From an uncultured bacterium (lineage in GTDB: Bacteria > CSSED10-310): 64,000 nt of DNA. The stretch spans positions 12,406 through 76,405 of the forward strand of contig CAZELM010000019.1 of assembly GCA_964512995.1 (NCBI GenBank), read 5' to 3'. The position numbers were made by a program, and so were the translations under genes. The first letter of the stretch is position 1; each line of letters starts with the position of its first letter. The notes beneath the pieces are model-generated. The model searched no databases. It was not told where the DNA came from and saw only the letters and a list, made by a program, of their open reading frames with translations. This document shows, piece by piece, positions 43,421 to 54,475 of this stretch.

Positions 43421-43432
43421 AACTGATCTCCC

Positions 43433-44272
43433 CTAAGCAGTAAGAACATTTTCTTTGGTCGAAGTTTCTTTGATCGCCATGGACCCATCCCGAAACAAGA
43501 TGGTTTTCGTCGGGCATTTTTCGACACACGCCATGCATTCCGTGCAGTTCTGTGGATTGACCCGAGAAAGAAATGGCTGATACTCAATGGCACTATAACT
43601 ACATGCTTTTTCGCACAATTTGCACCCGATGCATCCCACCGAACAGTATGATTTGACATCCGCACCCTTTTCCGGAGAGCTGCAGGCGACATAGACCCGT
43701 TTCGCATAGGGTGTCATGGAAATCAGGTTTCGAGGACAGGTTTTTACGCATGCGCCACAAGCGACGCATTTATCCTCATCAACCACTGCCAATCCATTGA
43801 TCAGTTTGATTGCATCGAACTTGCACGCACGGATACAATCTCCCAACCCCATGCACCCGTACGGGCATACGAGATCAACGGAATTTCCGATCGTTGCCGC
43901 TGAGCAGTTCCGGATACCCAGATAAGTGGCTTCACGTCGACTATCAGCTCCACCCCGGCAATTGACACGAGCGACCATACGGTCTGTCTGGATCATCTCT
44001 ACACCTAATACTTTTGCGATCTGTTGCATTACGTTGGCACCTGCCACAGGACATGTCCGGCTCAGATCATTCGAATCAACCAATCCTTCCGCAAATGCAC
44101 GGCAACCTGCAAACCCACATCCGCCACAATTCGCTCCCGGCAATAATGCTTCCACATCATCAATCAGTGGATTTTCCTGAACGGCAAATTTTTTAGATGC
44201 AAGGAATAAAACAACTCCGGAGAGGAACGCGATAGCACCTAAACTCACCGTTGTGATGACAATGACATTCAT
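43433..44272 (-). CDS. rnfB: Rnf complex subunit B
   Basis: N-terminal TM helix, then ANCGGCGFAGCRAFAEGL and several CxxCxxCxxxC ferredoxin motifs. Confidence 0.9.
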   Translation of the reverse strand: MNVIVITTVSLGAIAFLSGVVLFLASKKFAVQENPLIDDVEALLPGANCGGCGFAGCRAFAEGLVDSNDLSRTCPVAGANVMQQIAKVLGVEMIQTDRMVARVNCRGGADSRREATYLGIRNCSAATIGNSVDLVCPYGCMGLGDCIRACKFDAIKLINGLAVVDEDKCVACGACVKTCPRNLISMTPYAKRVYVACSSPEKGADVKSYCSVGCIGCKLCEKACSYSAIEYQPFLSRVNPQNCTECMACVEKCPTKTILFRDGSMAIKETSTKENVLTA

Positions 44273-44577
44273 CTGTTACTCCTTATCAATTCATCCTTTT
44301 GTGACATATAAAACAATGATTCACATCTGTTCTCAAACAAACCACCACTCATTATGCTGCAAACAGCATGGTCCAGTGCTTTGTCATATCACAACAGAAT
44401 CCCCAATTAAATACATGGACCGAGCCAACTGGATGGGTGCCTTCAGATGACTCAATTTTGTGGAATCTGCTTTTCAATCTTTTAACTTCCAAATACATAC
44501 CCCTTGCAAGCACCGTTGAGTTGATGTTAAAAACCATAAACGGAATCGAATCATCCGTGATGGAATGGAGGAATACA

Positions 44578-45561
44578 ATGCTGGATCTTTCTACCGAATA
44601 TATGGGTTTGAAGTTAAAAAATCCTTTGATTGTTGCCAGTTGCAGTCTGGTGAAATCTGTCGACAACATTATCAGATGCCAGGAAGCCGGTGCAGGTGCT
44701 GTTGTGTTAAAATCATTATTTGAGGAGCAGATCTCGCATGAAGCGAAGCATCTGCTTGAATCATCCACCGCAGATTGGCACCCGGAAAGCTACGACTACA
44801 TCATGAACATGCAGATGGAGTTCAGTGAAATTGATTATCTCAATATTGTAACTGAAGCCAAAAAGTCTGTTTCCATTCCCGTAATCGCAAGTATTAATTG
44901 TTCAACAGCAGGTGGATGGCTGGATTACGCTCGTAAATTGGAAGATGCCGGTGCCGATGGACTGGAACTCAATATCGCACTGCTACCCACCAGCCCCAAA
45001 CAGATCGGTCGCGACATTGAAGAACATTATATCAATATTCTAAAAGCCATAAAGGAGAAAACCAGTATTCCAATCGCCATAAAAATCGGACCCTATTTCT
45101 CTTCCATCGCTCGAATAGCAGCGGAACTCAGTTGGAATGGCGCATCTGCCCTCGTCCTGTTTAACCGGTTCTATCAATTCGATATCGATATTCATTCAAT
45201 GAAAATCCGACCTGGAAATCGATTCAGCACATCAGACGAAATAAGTCTCCCACTTCGATGGGTTGCGATTCTAGCTGGCCGATTGGGATCAGATATCTGT
45301 GGAACAACCGGTGTACACACGGGTGAAGATGTCATCAAATTCCTGTTGGCGGGTTCCAATGCTGTTCAGATCTGTTCAACGCTCTATCTTCATGGACTGA
45401 ATCACATCGACACTATTCTCCAACAAATCTCGGATTGGATGCATCACAATCACTTCCAGAGCATCTCCGCGTTCCATGGATTGCTCTGCCAGAAAAACAG
45501 CGATACGCCGGTCAGCTATGAACGGCTTCAATATATCAAAGCACTGGTCAATATCGAATAG
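44578..45561 (+). CDS. Dihydroorotate dehydrogenase-like (class 1 PyrD / PreA-like) flavoprotein
   Basis: GLKLKNPLIVASCSL...AGAVVLKS...INCST.AGGWLDYARKLEDAGADGLELN pattern. GGAGG Shine-Dalgarno before the ATG at 44578. Confidence 0.65.
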   Translation: MLDLSTEYMGLKLKNPLIVASCSLVKSVDNIIRCQEAGAGAVVLKSLFEEQISHEAKHLLESSTADWHPESYDYIMNMQMEFSEIDYLNIVTEAKKSVSIPVIASINCSTAGGWLDYARKLEDAGADGLELNIALLPTSPKQIGRDIEEHYINILKAIKEKTSIPIAIKIGPYFSSIARIAAELSWNGASALVLFNRFYQFDIDIHSMKIRPGNRFSTSDEISLPLRWVAILAGRLGSDICGTTGVHTGEDVIKFLLAGSNAVQICSTLYLHGLNHIDTILQQISDWMHHNHFQSISAFHGLLCQKNSDTPVSYERLQYIKALVNIE

Positions 45562-45822
45562 AATGGTCATGTAAATTGACCGCCTGTCCACACACTCGCC
45601 GCCCTGAAGATCCTTATTCGGATGCAAGGATGGACATGGTCTGTCTGTTTATCATACTCTGAGTTGGGTTTCTTTTCGATACGTACCGACAATTTCAATA
45701 TTATTAGACGTTATTTTCTGTAGAAAAGGGCAACATAAAGCCGACGAAAACCGGGATCAGATCCTTTTCATCGCCAATATTGACATGGTGAGTTTAGAAT
45801 CGCAGCTAAGGAGGCTTTTTCA

Positions 45823-46914
45823 ATGGCTGAACAATATGACAATGCAAATAACTCCATGAACTTAAAAAATATTTCCTGTCACGTGATGGAGTATCTCACA
45901 GAAGGTATTTTTCAGCTCAATCATCTCCAAGAAATCGAATACATCAATACCTCCGCCGCTCGCTTCTTAAAATTGAATGGGCATCCTGTTTATAAGCAAC
46001 GATGGGACGATATCGGATTGCGATGTGGTCATCCATCACTGTATAATTGGCTTACAGAGGTCATACGAAATAAATCTTCGGAATACAGTGCACAACTTCT
46101 GACCAATATCGATAGTTCTACACAAATGGTGAAATGCATGCGCTCGGAGTCAGAAAATGGGATTATCATTGTGTTCAGTATCATGGCAACCCCCTCATCA
46201 GTACACTCATTCTTGCCGGAAAAATCCGATATCACAAACGATGTCCTTATGGAATTCATTGTTCATGCATTCAGCAATCTCCTGACACCGATGATGGCTC
46301 TCCCGGATATGATAACTCCTAAGTCGCACGGGGATACACATCCGGCCAATTTCATGGTGTATATTGAAGCATGTGTTCAACGGATGGCGGATTTAACTTA
46401 TCACATGGATACCTGGTCGAAACTGGGGAACTATGGTTTTTGCGAAGCTGACATCAACGAGTTGCTTCAAGATATTGTCACTGATTCACGAATCCCCAAT
46501 ACCATCACGATATCGATTGATCCTGCAAAGAATCCTCTGAATACGATGATTGATACGGCACAGATCACTCGTGCAATGATGAATATTATAAAAAATGCAT
46601 GTGAGGCGATGGATCAGCGCGGAAAAATCCATATCAGCACCGAGTATCTGACAGGTAACGAGTCCATGATCAAAAATCCAACCGGTTCTTCCGCTCGAAT
46701 CGGAATCCGTGACCATGGACCGGGAATCAGTGGTTCGATTGCCAAACAACTTTTTTCTCCATTCTTTACAACAAAACCGAAACCGAATCACGGCCGAGGA
46801 CTCGGGCTTTGGCTGGCTCAGAAGATCATCTCCGATCACCATGGAATCATTTCTTTTGCCAATCATCCCACAGGAGGTTCGGTCTTTTACGTTCACCTTC
46901 CTGTGATCACGTGA
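45823..46914 (+). CDS. Sensor histidine kinase (cytoplasmic, PAS-like N-terminus)
   Basis: HATPase_c motifs (N-box NIIKNACEAM, G-boxes DHGPGI and GRGLGLWLAQKII); candidate H-box VHAFSNLLTP. Confidence 0.8.
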   Translation: MAEQYDNANNSMNLKNISCHVMEYLTEGIFQLNHLQEIEYINTSAARFLKLNGHPVYKQRWDDIGLRCGHPSLYNWLTEVIRNKSSEYSAQLLTNIDSSTQMVKCMRSESENGIIIVFSIMATPSSVHSFLPEKSDITNDVLMEFIVHAFSNLLTPMMALPDMITPKSHGDTHPANFMVYIEACVQRMADLTYHMDTWSKLGNYGFCEADINELLQDIVTDSRIPNTITISIDPAKNPLNTMIDTAQITRAMMNIIKNACEAMDQRGKIHISTEYLTGNESMIKNPTGSSARIGIRDHGPGISGSIAKQLFSPFFTTKPKPNHGRGLGLWLAQKIISDHHGIISFANHPTGGSVFYVHLPVIT

Positions 46915-46943
46915 TCTGGATGTGAACCTTCCCACCGGATGGC

Positions 46944-47153
46944 TCAAGTGAAGAGAACCCGGGATGGAGACCGGTCTGATTTATCAAGATACTGATTCAG
47001 AGACCATGCATCCGCTTCAGTGCTGCTTATCGATGGTTTATGCTTGAGTGAAGAGGCTTCATACTGCCAGCCACGCATGCCCTGCAAATGATCCTGCTCC
47101 GCACCATCCATTGTCATATTATGCCATATATGTGGTTCATACGGGTAAATCAT
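46944..47153 (-). CDS. Possible small protein (69 aa), unknown
   Basis: GGGAGG immediately before a tandem ATG ATG; no homology recognisable. Confidence 0.25.
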   Translation of the reverse strand: MIYPYEPHIWHNMTMDGAEQDHLQGMRGWQYEASSLKHKPSISSTEADAWSLNQYLDKSDRSPSRVLFT

Positions 47154-47510
47154 CATCCGCCTCCCTTCCAAATCCGAATACACCTGATCCGGATACTTTT
47201 AAAGAAAGCAAAGGCTGTACCAATAACCAGCGGACGATTCATCAGAAATGATTACACCATATCGACTCCACCATGATGAATGACAAAATAAGAAACAACA
47301 CCCGTAAGGGACAGATGATTCCGTTTATCGAAAGGGAAAATTGAAAGGGCTTTTTTAAAACTTGGAACAGACGAACAGGGAGGTTCAATAAAGTCCAATA
47401 TGACCATTATCTTTGCGCCTACAAACTAGGCACATGCCAACCAAATCACACTGAATCTGTAAACTCAGTGAAAGGAAACCAATTGGACGATATTTTCAAG
47501 GAAACCGAAG

Positions 47511-50500
47511 CTATTGGATCTTCCATGTGATCGGCCATGGAGACGATGTGATTCCATCGATATCCGTCGATTCGATTCCGATATCCACTTCCACGGGGGA
47601 TTGTGTCTCCAGTTTTTCATAGAAAAAAAGAAGACCATAATAGCCATCTTCTTTTTCCAGATCACCATGAAGTCCGTCATCGATCAGTTCAATGCCGGTT
47701 GGTTGATTCATGTAGGTGATTTCCACTTTCGCGATATGATTTCTCCCGAAAGGATGTTCCACTTTCGCGATAATCCATAAAAACCCCAAGTCATGGGTGC
47801 TGGCGATGTCGACCGGTGAGTACCAGATATGACGACCCGAGATCGCAGGCCGAAGAATCGTTTCGTTGCGTTCCACCAGAATGACATAAGGTACTTTTTC
47901 ACTCGTTCGTCCTTGTTTATCAAACGCAACCACATACATTTTATATTCATGCGGCGGCAGATAATAGGCCGACAGCTTAAGCCATCGCGTATACCGGCCG
48001 TCGTTGGCTGTTGAATCGCCATGCGTTCCATCATCGTACAGCTTCCAGGATGTAGGAAAATTCTCCCAATACAGCTCCACGGTATCGATCACTCCACCTT
48101 TTGCTGGATGGGTGACTTTTGCAGATATCAGAAATGACATCTCCGCATTCGCACGGAAATCTTCCGTTGAACCCAGAATATCTTCGATGATGGGATTTTC
48201 GGGCGGTCTGGGAGTTGGTGTGCCGGAAGCAACCATGGGATAATGATATCCGATATCAGCGAACCGGATATCCGGGAATTCGTATGGGAGTTGATCCGGG
48301 CAGGTTGTCAAAGATTCCATGTTGATGGAATAGCCGCCGGGCACCGGGAAAAATACGCTCTCCGAAGTCACTCCTCCGGTATTCACATTCGGGCTGAAAG
48401 AATGACCCGGAACATTCTGGTAAAGGTAGTGATCTCCTTTGGGTCCAGAAACAAAGACAGGATCGGAATGGAAGGAGTGCTGGGCATTGATGTCGTTCGG
48501 AATATTGGAATACTCCCCATACGATATATCGATGCCGATATCTTCTGGACCCCAGAAACACGTCCTGATGAGATTTACGATCCCATAATCCACAGTTCCA
48601 CTCACCGCATAACGACTGTTCCCTGCATAAGTGCAGTTGATGATATCAGCCGAACCAACCCGCACATCGGTTCCGCCGCTGTTTCGCACAAACAGGCAGT
48701 TCGACAACTCCAGGAAACAGCTTTCACCGGATTCAAAGACCAGTGCATTGTTTCGATTGTCGAAAAACTCACAACTCGTCAACTTCGGTTCAGCTCCATA
48801 TTGAATATATATCCCCCCAGCATTGTTATAACTGCCGCAACAGTTATCACTGATCTTTGTCTGGTAGATCACAGGAGCAGGATCATGCCAGCCCAGGATG
48901 GAAACAGCTCCCCCACCCCATCCCGCTTCGCAATGTGAAATGTCTGTATTCTCCATTGTGAATCCGGAGCTGACGGCATGAATGCCGCCTCCAGACGACA
49001 ATGCCTGGCAATGGACGATCCGACAGTTCCGTATCTGCGGCGACGTGCCCGGAAGCAGCAGAATTCCAGCGCCAATATCGTGAAATCCACCCATAATGGT
49101 GAATCCATCCAAAACACATCCAGACTCATCCCCGGATTCGAAACGGAATCCACGATGCGGCTGAGTATCTGTACCATTACAGTCTATAATTGTCGTATCT
49201 GGACCGCGGTGCGATCGGACAGTGATTGGCTTTCCTAAAAATACGATATCGGTGTTCCCAAGTCCGGAATAAGTACCATCAAAAACCAAAACACACTCCC
49301 CCGGTTCTGCATGACGGATCGCGGACTGAATCGTTTGATATTGAAACGGCACATACCGGACTCCCTCCATCGGAGTCGGAGTCGGATAACCAAGGGTTGG
49401 GGTCGGTGTTGGGGTTGGCATGACCGGCGTAGGCGTCGGAGTGACGGAAGTGGGAGTTGGTGGCACCAAAGTCGGAACCAGTTCCGGTAAATCACTCCGG
49501 CGATGAAAACCCAGATCGATAATCAGTTCATCCGATACCGCATCCGTTCGCGTGAATCCCCGAGGCATCGTAATGCCATCTCCCATATCGACACATGGGC
49601 TGTCAATGCCCTGACCCGCAGATATTTGCGAAAGGTAAAACCACCCCAGTTCTCCCTGTGTAAAGAGAGGATCCACTGAGACATCCGATTCTGATGGTTC
49701 CGCGCCGCTATAATCGACTGTGTTATTCCAGATATCATTATATTCCAGGATAACGCATGCGCTTTGCTCTGATTCGATACCAACCCGATTGGAACAGATG
49801 ATGTTGCCGCGAAGCAAAGCAGATCCTGTCACTTCAACCGCTGTTTGGGCGTTGTTGGATACGGTGTTATATAGCAACATCGATTCGTCATGCATCAATC
49901 CGATCGAGAATCCATCGGATGTGTCCGATCGGGAATCTGTGATCAGTGAAAACTCCACGAGGCACGGTGCATTACTGAATATCGCCGCACCCATTTCCGC
50001 CCAGTTTCCGATAAATTCACAATTTTTTACGATCAGTGTTCCCGCGAGATGGGTCACCGCTCCACCTGCATCACAAGAAAATCGATTAAAATTTTCTGAC
50101 AACACGCACCCTTCGAGCCAGACAAGGCACCCAGGACAATTGACGGTCAATCCGGAGCCCGATGAACAGAGCGCATAATGACGATGAATCAGACAGCGAA
50201 TCATGGTCACATCTGAATCGATGCATACGATTCCGGGGCGATCGAGGTTCCCCAATGAATCCGGGATGGCAAGATTGTCCGAGATATCACACTGCGTCAT
50301 CACCACTGTAGACGCCTCGATATGAATCCCGGCACCGCCGCTGCTATGAATTCCCCGGGTCGCACGTATTCCCGATAAAGCGGCGCCGGGAGCCGGCACA
50401 TCAGAAATTACGATCACACGATCCCTCAGACCACCATCGATGATGACACTCCCAGGCTCGCCGGCTGCAATGATCCGGATTCCGGGAGTATGCGGCCATT

Positions 50501-50783
50501 GGAGATTCTCCGGGTATGTTCCAGGGGATATGTAAATTTCAGTATGCGCGGCTGCTGCATCGAGTGCCTCCTGGATTGTTTCGAAATCCGCCGGAACATA
50601 AAGAACCATCGTAGGAGGGATCGGTGTTGGTGAAAAAAACGGAGTATAGGTTGGAGGAGGAGTATTCCGATGGCTCATCGTGATGGCATCCAAATCAGAA
50701 GCCCTCAAAATATTGCGATTACCGCTATTCACAGAAGCCAGAACAATAAAACTTATCATTAAAAAAGGAATCCCCTGTTTCAT
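47511..50783 (-). CDS. Secreted right-handed beta-helix (pectate-lyase-fold) protein with PT linkers and C-terminal tandem beta-sandwich repeats
   Basis: Signal peptide MKQGIPFLMISFIVLASV. Two beta-helix regions separated by PT-rich linkers. C-terminal ~100-aa repeats containing DDGTHGD...DG.Y motifs. Confidence 0.7.
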   Translation of the reverse strand: MKQGIPFLMISFIVLASVNSGNRNILRASDLDAITMSHRNTPPPTYTPFFSPTPIPPTMVLYVPADFETIQEALDAAAAHTEIYISPGTYPENLQWPHTPGIRIIAAGEPGSVIIDGGLRDRVIVISDVPAPGAALSGIRATRGIHSSGGAGIHIEASTVVMTQCDISDNLAIPDSLGNLDRPGIVCIDSDVTMIRCLIHRHYALCSSGSGLTVNCPGCLVWLEGCVLSENFNRFSCDAGGAVTHLAGTLIVKNCEFIGNWAEMGAAIFSNAPCLVEFSLITDSRSDTSDGFSIGLMHDESMLLYNTVSNNAQTAVEVTGSALLRGNIICSNRVGIESEQSACVILEYNDIWNNTVDYSGAEPSESDVSVDPLFTQGELGWFYLSQISAGQGIDSPCVDMGDGITMPRGFTRTDAVSDELIIDLGFHRRSDLPELVPTLVPPTPTSVTPTPTPVMPTPTPTPTLGYPTPTPMEGVRYVPFQYQTIQSAIRHAEPGECVLVFDGTYSGLGNTDIVFLGKPITVRSHRGPDTTIIDCNGTDTQPHRGFRFESGDESGCVLDGFTIMGGFHDIGAGILLLPGTSPQIRNCRIVHCQALSSGGGIHAVSSGFTMENTDISHCEAGWGGGAVSILGWHDPAPVIYQTKISDNCCGSYNNAGGIYIQYGAEPKLTSCEFFDNRNNALVFESGESCFLELSNCLFVRNSGGTDVRVGSADIINCTYAGNSRYAVSGTVDYGIVNLIRTCFWGPEDIGIDISYGEYSNIPNDINAQHSFHSDPVFVSGPKGDHYLYQNVPGHSFSPNVNTGGVTSESVFFPVPGGYSINMESLTTCPDQLPYEFPDIRFADIGYHYPMVASGTPTPRPPENPIIEDILGSTEDFRANAEMSFLISAKVTHPAKGGVIDTVELYWENFPTSWKLYDDGTHGDSTANDGRYTRWLKLSAYYLPPHEYKMYVVAFDKQGRTSEKVPYVILVERNETILRPAISGRHIWYSPVDIASTHDLGFLWIIAKVEHPFGRNHIAKVEITYMNQPTGIELIDDGLHGDLEKEDGYYGLLFFYEKLETQSPVEVDIGIESTDIDGITSSPWPITWKIQ

Positions 50784-51511
50784 GATTACCTCCGGATCAG
50801 GATCACTCCGAGAAGCTTCTGGAAAACATCCGCAGAAACCCCGAATAGATCTCAAAACTTTCCTGGATTCAGTATTTTTCTGAATCAGCCCGGCATTCTC
50901 TCTGTGTCTTCACATCTGCAAATATTGTGACAAGCTTACCGATTAAAAGCAAAATCATTAAAAACAACTGCAATTCAAGCGATTGGGCAAAATTCGCGAG
51001 GACTTATAAACCTGCCCTGACCCATCACCCGAGACAATTGCAGAATTAAAAGCCAAGCCCTCGTTTGCCACGGTGAATGATGATCTGCGGGGAATGAACA
51101 ACAAATGAAAAATCCATCGGGACGAAGAAAAATAAACAATCGCTGTTTCTTGCTCTTGAAAAGATCTAATATCTAACATCATATAATTAAATCATTTTGA
51201 AATTTTCAGATCCGATATGGACGAATCAGAAATTCTTGGAGGGTCTCCGGCTCATCTTCCATATGAATCTTCTAACTCATTATTATTAAATTATTTTTTA
51301 TATTATTTGCCGATGCCGTCCATTCTGTTGCATCTCATACGAAAAAAAACGCGAGGCAGCCGCGGCCGGAGGATTGATTTTAAAAATTAATCGTATCATA
51401 ATCCGCCTCAATCAGGGGGACATCCTCCTGAGAGTAGTGACAAAGTCAATTGTTTAAAGAAGTTTGTGAATGTTGTGGTAACTTTTTGAAGTTCCACTAA
51501 GGAGGAAGAAA

Positions 51512-51847
51512 ATGAAACGTTTATTCGTAATTTTAAGTACAGTTGCAATGATCATTGGTATGACCGCTCTCGTCAGTGCCCAGGCACCCGATGCCAAAGC
51601 TCCCGAAGCCAAAGCACCCGCCGCCGCTGCTGCTCCAGTTATGGGAAAAGTGGTTGAACTCAATGCCCAGATGCTCAAAGTCGAAGTTATGGTCAATGAC
51701 AAAGCCGAAGTAAAAGAATTCGCTTTGGAAAAACCAGTTATGGACGTCAAAGTTGGCGACCAGGTGAAAGTTACCTTCGTTGCAAAAGACGGCAAGAATA
51801 TTGCTCAGACTGTTACAAAAGCAGAAGCAGCTCCGGCTGGCAAATAA
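51512..51847 (+). CDS. Small secreted protein (111 aa), unknown function
   Basis: AAGGAGG Shine-Dalgarno; cleavable signal peptide (LVSAQA); Ala/Pro-rich linker. Its own terminator lies at 51873-51905. Confidence 0.5.
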   Translation: MKRLFVILSTVAMIIGMTALVSAQAPDAKAPEAKAPAAAAAPVMGKVVELNAQMLKVEVMVNDKAEVKEFALEKPVMDVKVGDQVKVTFVAKDGKNIAQTVTKAEAAPAGK

Positions 51848-51872
51848 TTAAGTTTTAAGTATTGCATATTGA

Positions 51873-51905
51873 GCGCGAAGAGTTACTCTTCGCGCTTTTT
51901 TTTTA
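51873..51905 (+). terminator. Rho-independent terminator
   Basis: gcgcgaagag tta ctcttcgcgc followed by a T9-10 tract. Confidence 0.8.
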
Positions 51906-52033
51906 TCGAATGCTTTCAATCCCTCATCCAATGATATTCCGCTTATGTGCTTGCATCATCGATCATTGGTGTTTTCTGAATACCTTTTATTCTCCCACGA
52001 TGATCTCTAAAATATGATTCCAGGAGACGCGAT

Positions 52034-53377
52034 ATGAGATGGTTCTGTCTGGTATTGATCATTTTTGAGCTTTTCACAGCATCATCAGATGCAGCCAGCC
52101 GTACGAATCTGCGACATTTTCTGATCTATGCACGATCCAACAATCCGGAATACGGCGAGTATAAAAAAATGCTCAAGAAAGCCCGGCAGAATGTCAAAAC
52201 AGTCCAATCCGATACCGGTCCATCAATCGATCTGACGGCATGGAGCCGGGTTGTTTCGATCGTGCCGGAAATGGATCAACCCTCCCTCACCATTCCACTC
52301 CCGACCGGAGACATGACCATTCCCGGGAAAACATCCACTCTCGGTGATTATGACTCCCACTCCATTGATCTCGGCATCTATAAAGTAATCTATGCGGGGG
52401 GACGATTGGCGGGTTCGATCGAGCAGGCCCGGCTCATGGAATCCGTCTCCGGAGCACAGCTCACCCAGGCCATGACCGCCTTGGATGCCAAGGTCAGCAT
52501 GACATTTCTGTCCCTTGTCAAAACCCGCCAATTGCACGAGGCAGCCAAAGAAACACTCCAGCTTACCCGAGAACATGCCAGAGACGTAAAAAATAAGCTC
52601 GAAGCCGGGCTCGTTACCGACAATGAGCTGTTAAAAGCGGAACTTCGCGTAACGGAAACCGAAGCCATGGCTGCCACTTTGGATCATCAACTGGCCATTC
52701 TTCGCGAACAACTCCGAATCCTTACGAGTGTTGAAATTTCCCCATTGACCATTTTTGAGTCACCCGCTTTGTCTGACCGGCCGGAACCGGATTTCACCCG
52801 GAGTCTTTTTGCTGCGAAAGACCAACGCGTCGAACTCCAGGTGATCGACCGGCAGATCGAACTCGCAGAAAAACAGCGCGATCTGCTGCAGCGCGAAAAA
52901 TTGCCGACCATCACCGCCTTCGGGAAAATCTCCTATGGCAAACCCGGTCCGGATTTCATCGAAAATCGGTGGACCGATTCCTATTCGGCCGGCATCAACT
53001 GCTCGGTCAATGTCTGGGACAGCGGTCGGAATCTCAACCGCGACCGTCAGATGGTCACGGAAATCGAACGCCTGACGATCCGGCGGAAAACGATCGAATC
53101 TGCCCTTGAACTTGAAGTCACGCAGGCGATTCTCGGGATAACAGACGCAAAATTCAGGAAAACCGTCGCTGAACGCGCAGTCGCTCAAGCCTCAGAAAAC
53201 TTGCGGATCACCACTGATCGATTCAAAGAAGGCATTCTCACAAATACGGATTTTCTGGATGCGGAAATCGCAGCCTCCAATTCACGGTCTGCGTTGATCC
53301 GTGTGAACGCAGAACTGGATCAGGCGTGGATCTCGTATCTTTTAGCGATTGGGAAAGATCTTTTGGTGGAATTATGA
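52034..53377 (+). CDS. TolC-family outer membrane efflux protein
   Basis: Signal peptide and two ~200-aa coiled-coil/beta-barrel repeats typical of outer-membrane factors. Confidence 0.75.
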   Translation: MRWFCLVLIIFELFTASSDAASRTNLRHFLIYARSNNPEYGEYKKMLKKARQNVKTVQSDTGPSIDLTAWSRVVSIVPEMDQPSLTIPLPTGDMTIPGKTSTLGDYDSHSIDLGIYKVIYAGGRLAGSIEQARLMESVSGAQLTQAMTALDAKVSMTFLSLVKTRQLHEAAKETLQLTREHARDVKNKLEAGLVTDNELLKAELRVTETEAMAATLDHQLAILREQLRILTSVEISPLTIFESPALSDRPEPDFTRSLFAAKDQRVELQVIDRQIELAEKQRDLLQREKLPTITAFGKISYGKPGPDFIENRWTDSYSAGINCSVNVWDSGRNLNRDRQMVTEIERLTIRRKTIESALELEVTQAILGITDAKFRKTVAERAVAQASENLRITTDRFKEGILTNTDFLDAEIAASNSRSALIRVNAELDQAWISYLLAIGKDLLVEL

Positions 53378-54438
53378 ACGATGTCACTCCCAGTAAAATA
53401 TACAGACAAGCTTCCGATCTCCCATTGGGAATGGTCCAGGAATCTTCAACCGATCGCTGCACTGCTTCTGACCGTAAACGTAACGGGACTACTTTAACTG
53501 CTCATCGGTTAGCTTTTCGGTTTGAATGGGTCATTGGACTGTATCTGATATTATTCTCGGGATGCACAACGCCATCTCCCACCATCACAGGATCGGGTGT
53601 CATTGAAGCGGTTGAAATCATGATCAGCCCGGCAATTGCGGGTGAAATTCGCCAATTACCACTCGATGAAGGTACTTTCGTAAAAAATGGCGATCTGATC
53701 GCACAGTTGGATACCGAAAGTATCGAACTGGAACGCGAAGCCGCCATCGCTGGAATCGCAGAAATCGATGCAGCAGAAATCCATGCCACCGCTCAGATTT
53801 CTCAAGCCCGGACAGTTCTGGAAGGCGTGAAAAAAACCTACGACCGATCGCTCGCTCTCAAGAAAAAAGGCTCTATTTCGGACCAGGTCTTCGATGACGC
53901 AGAGTCTGCCTATCGGGTTGCCATCAAACAAGTGGCGACATTGGAATCAGCACTCGAACCGATCACCGCCAAACGAAAAACCCTGGATGCCCGGATCACG
54001 ATTTTAAACCGCACCATCCGGGATGGCATCATCAAAGCACCCATCGCCGCCATTGTTCTTGAAAAGTATGCTGAAATCGGGGAACGGACCATGCCCGGTC
54101 GCAGCATCGTAAAAATCGGCGACCTGTCCCGTGTCTGGACAAAAATTTATGTCTCGGAAACCGATCTGGGGAAAGTGAAACTCCAGGCAAATGCCAAAAT
54201 TCTCGTGGATTCGTATCCGGATACTTTTTTTTCGGGAGCTGTCACATGGATATCCAGTGCCGCGGAATTTACTCCCAAGAATATCCAGACCCGCGACGCA
54301 CGCAGTGAGCTTGTGTATGGCGTCAAAATCATGCTTCCCAACCCGGATGGCATTTTCAAAATCGGGATGCCCGTCGATGTGCTCCTGGAAGGATTCCCGG
54401 AGTTCACCACTCAATCCAGAAACCAGCACTCCTCATGA
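53374..54438 (+). CDS. HlyD-family membrane fusion (periplasmic adaptor) protein, YbhG-like
   Basis: Single TM helix, long coiled-coil, beta-barrel C-terminus; ATGA overlap with the TolC gene. Confidence 0.8.
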   Translation: MNDVTPSKIYRQASDLPLGMVQESSTDRCTASDRKRNGTTLTAHRLAFRFEWVIGLYLILFSGCTTPSPTITGSGVIEAVEIMISPAIAGEIRQLPLDEGTFVKNGDLIAQLDTESIELEREAAIAGIAEIDAAEIHATAQISQARTVLEGVKKTYDRSLALKKKGSISDQVFDDAESAYRVAIKQVATLESALEPITAKRKTLDARITILNRTIRDGIIKAPIAAIVLEKYAEIGERTMPGRSIVKIGDLSRVWTKIYVSETDLGKVKLQANAKILVDSYPDTFFSGAVTWISSAAEFTPKNIQTRDARSELVYGVKIMLPNPDGIFKIGMPVDVLLEGFPEFTTQSRNQHSS

Positions 54439-54475
54439 TCATCATTCACCCCGATTCCCTGCCCACCTGATCCCG

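Noticed and set aside
46700-46760. tRNA-like T-arm sequence (GGTTCGATTGCC)
   Set aside because: It lies inside the histidine kinase coding region, does not match GGTTCGA(A/T)TCC exactly, and has no acceptor-stem complementarity.
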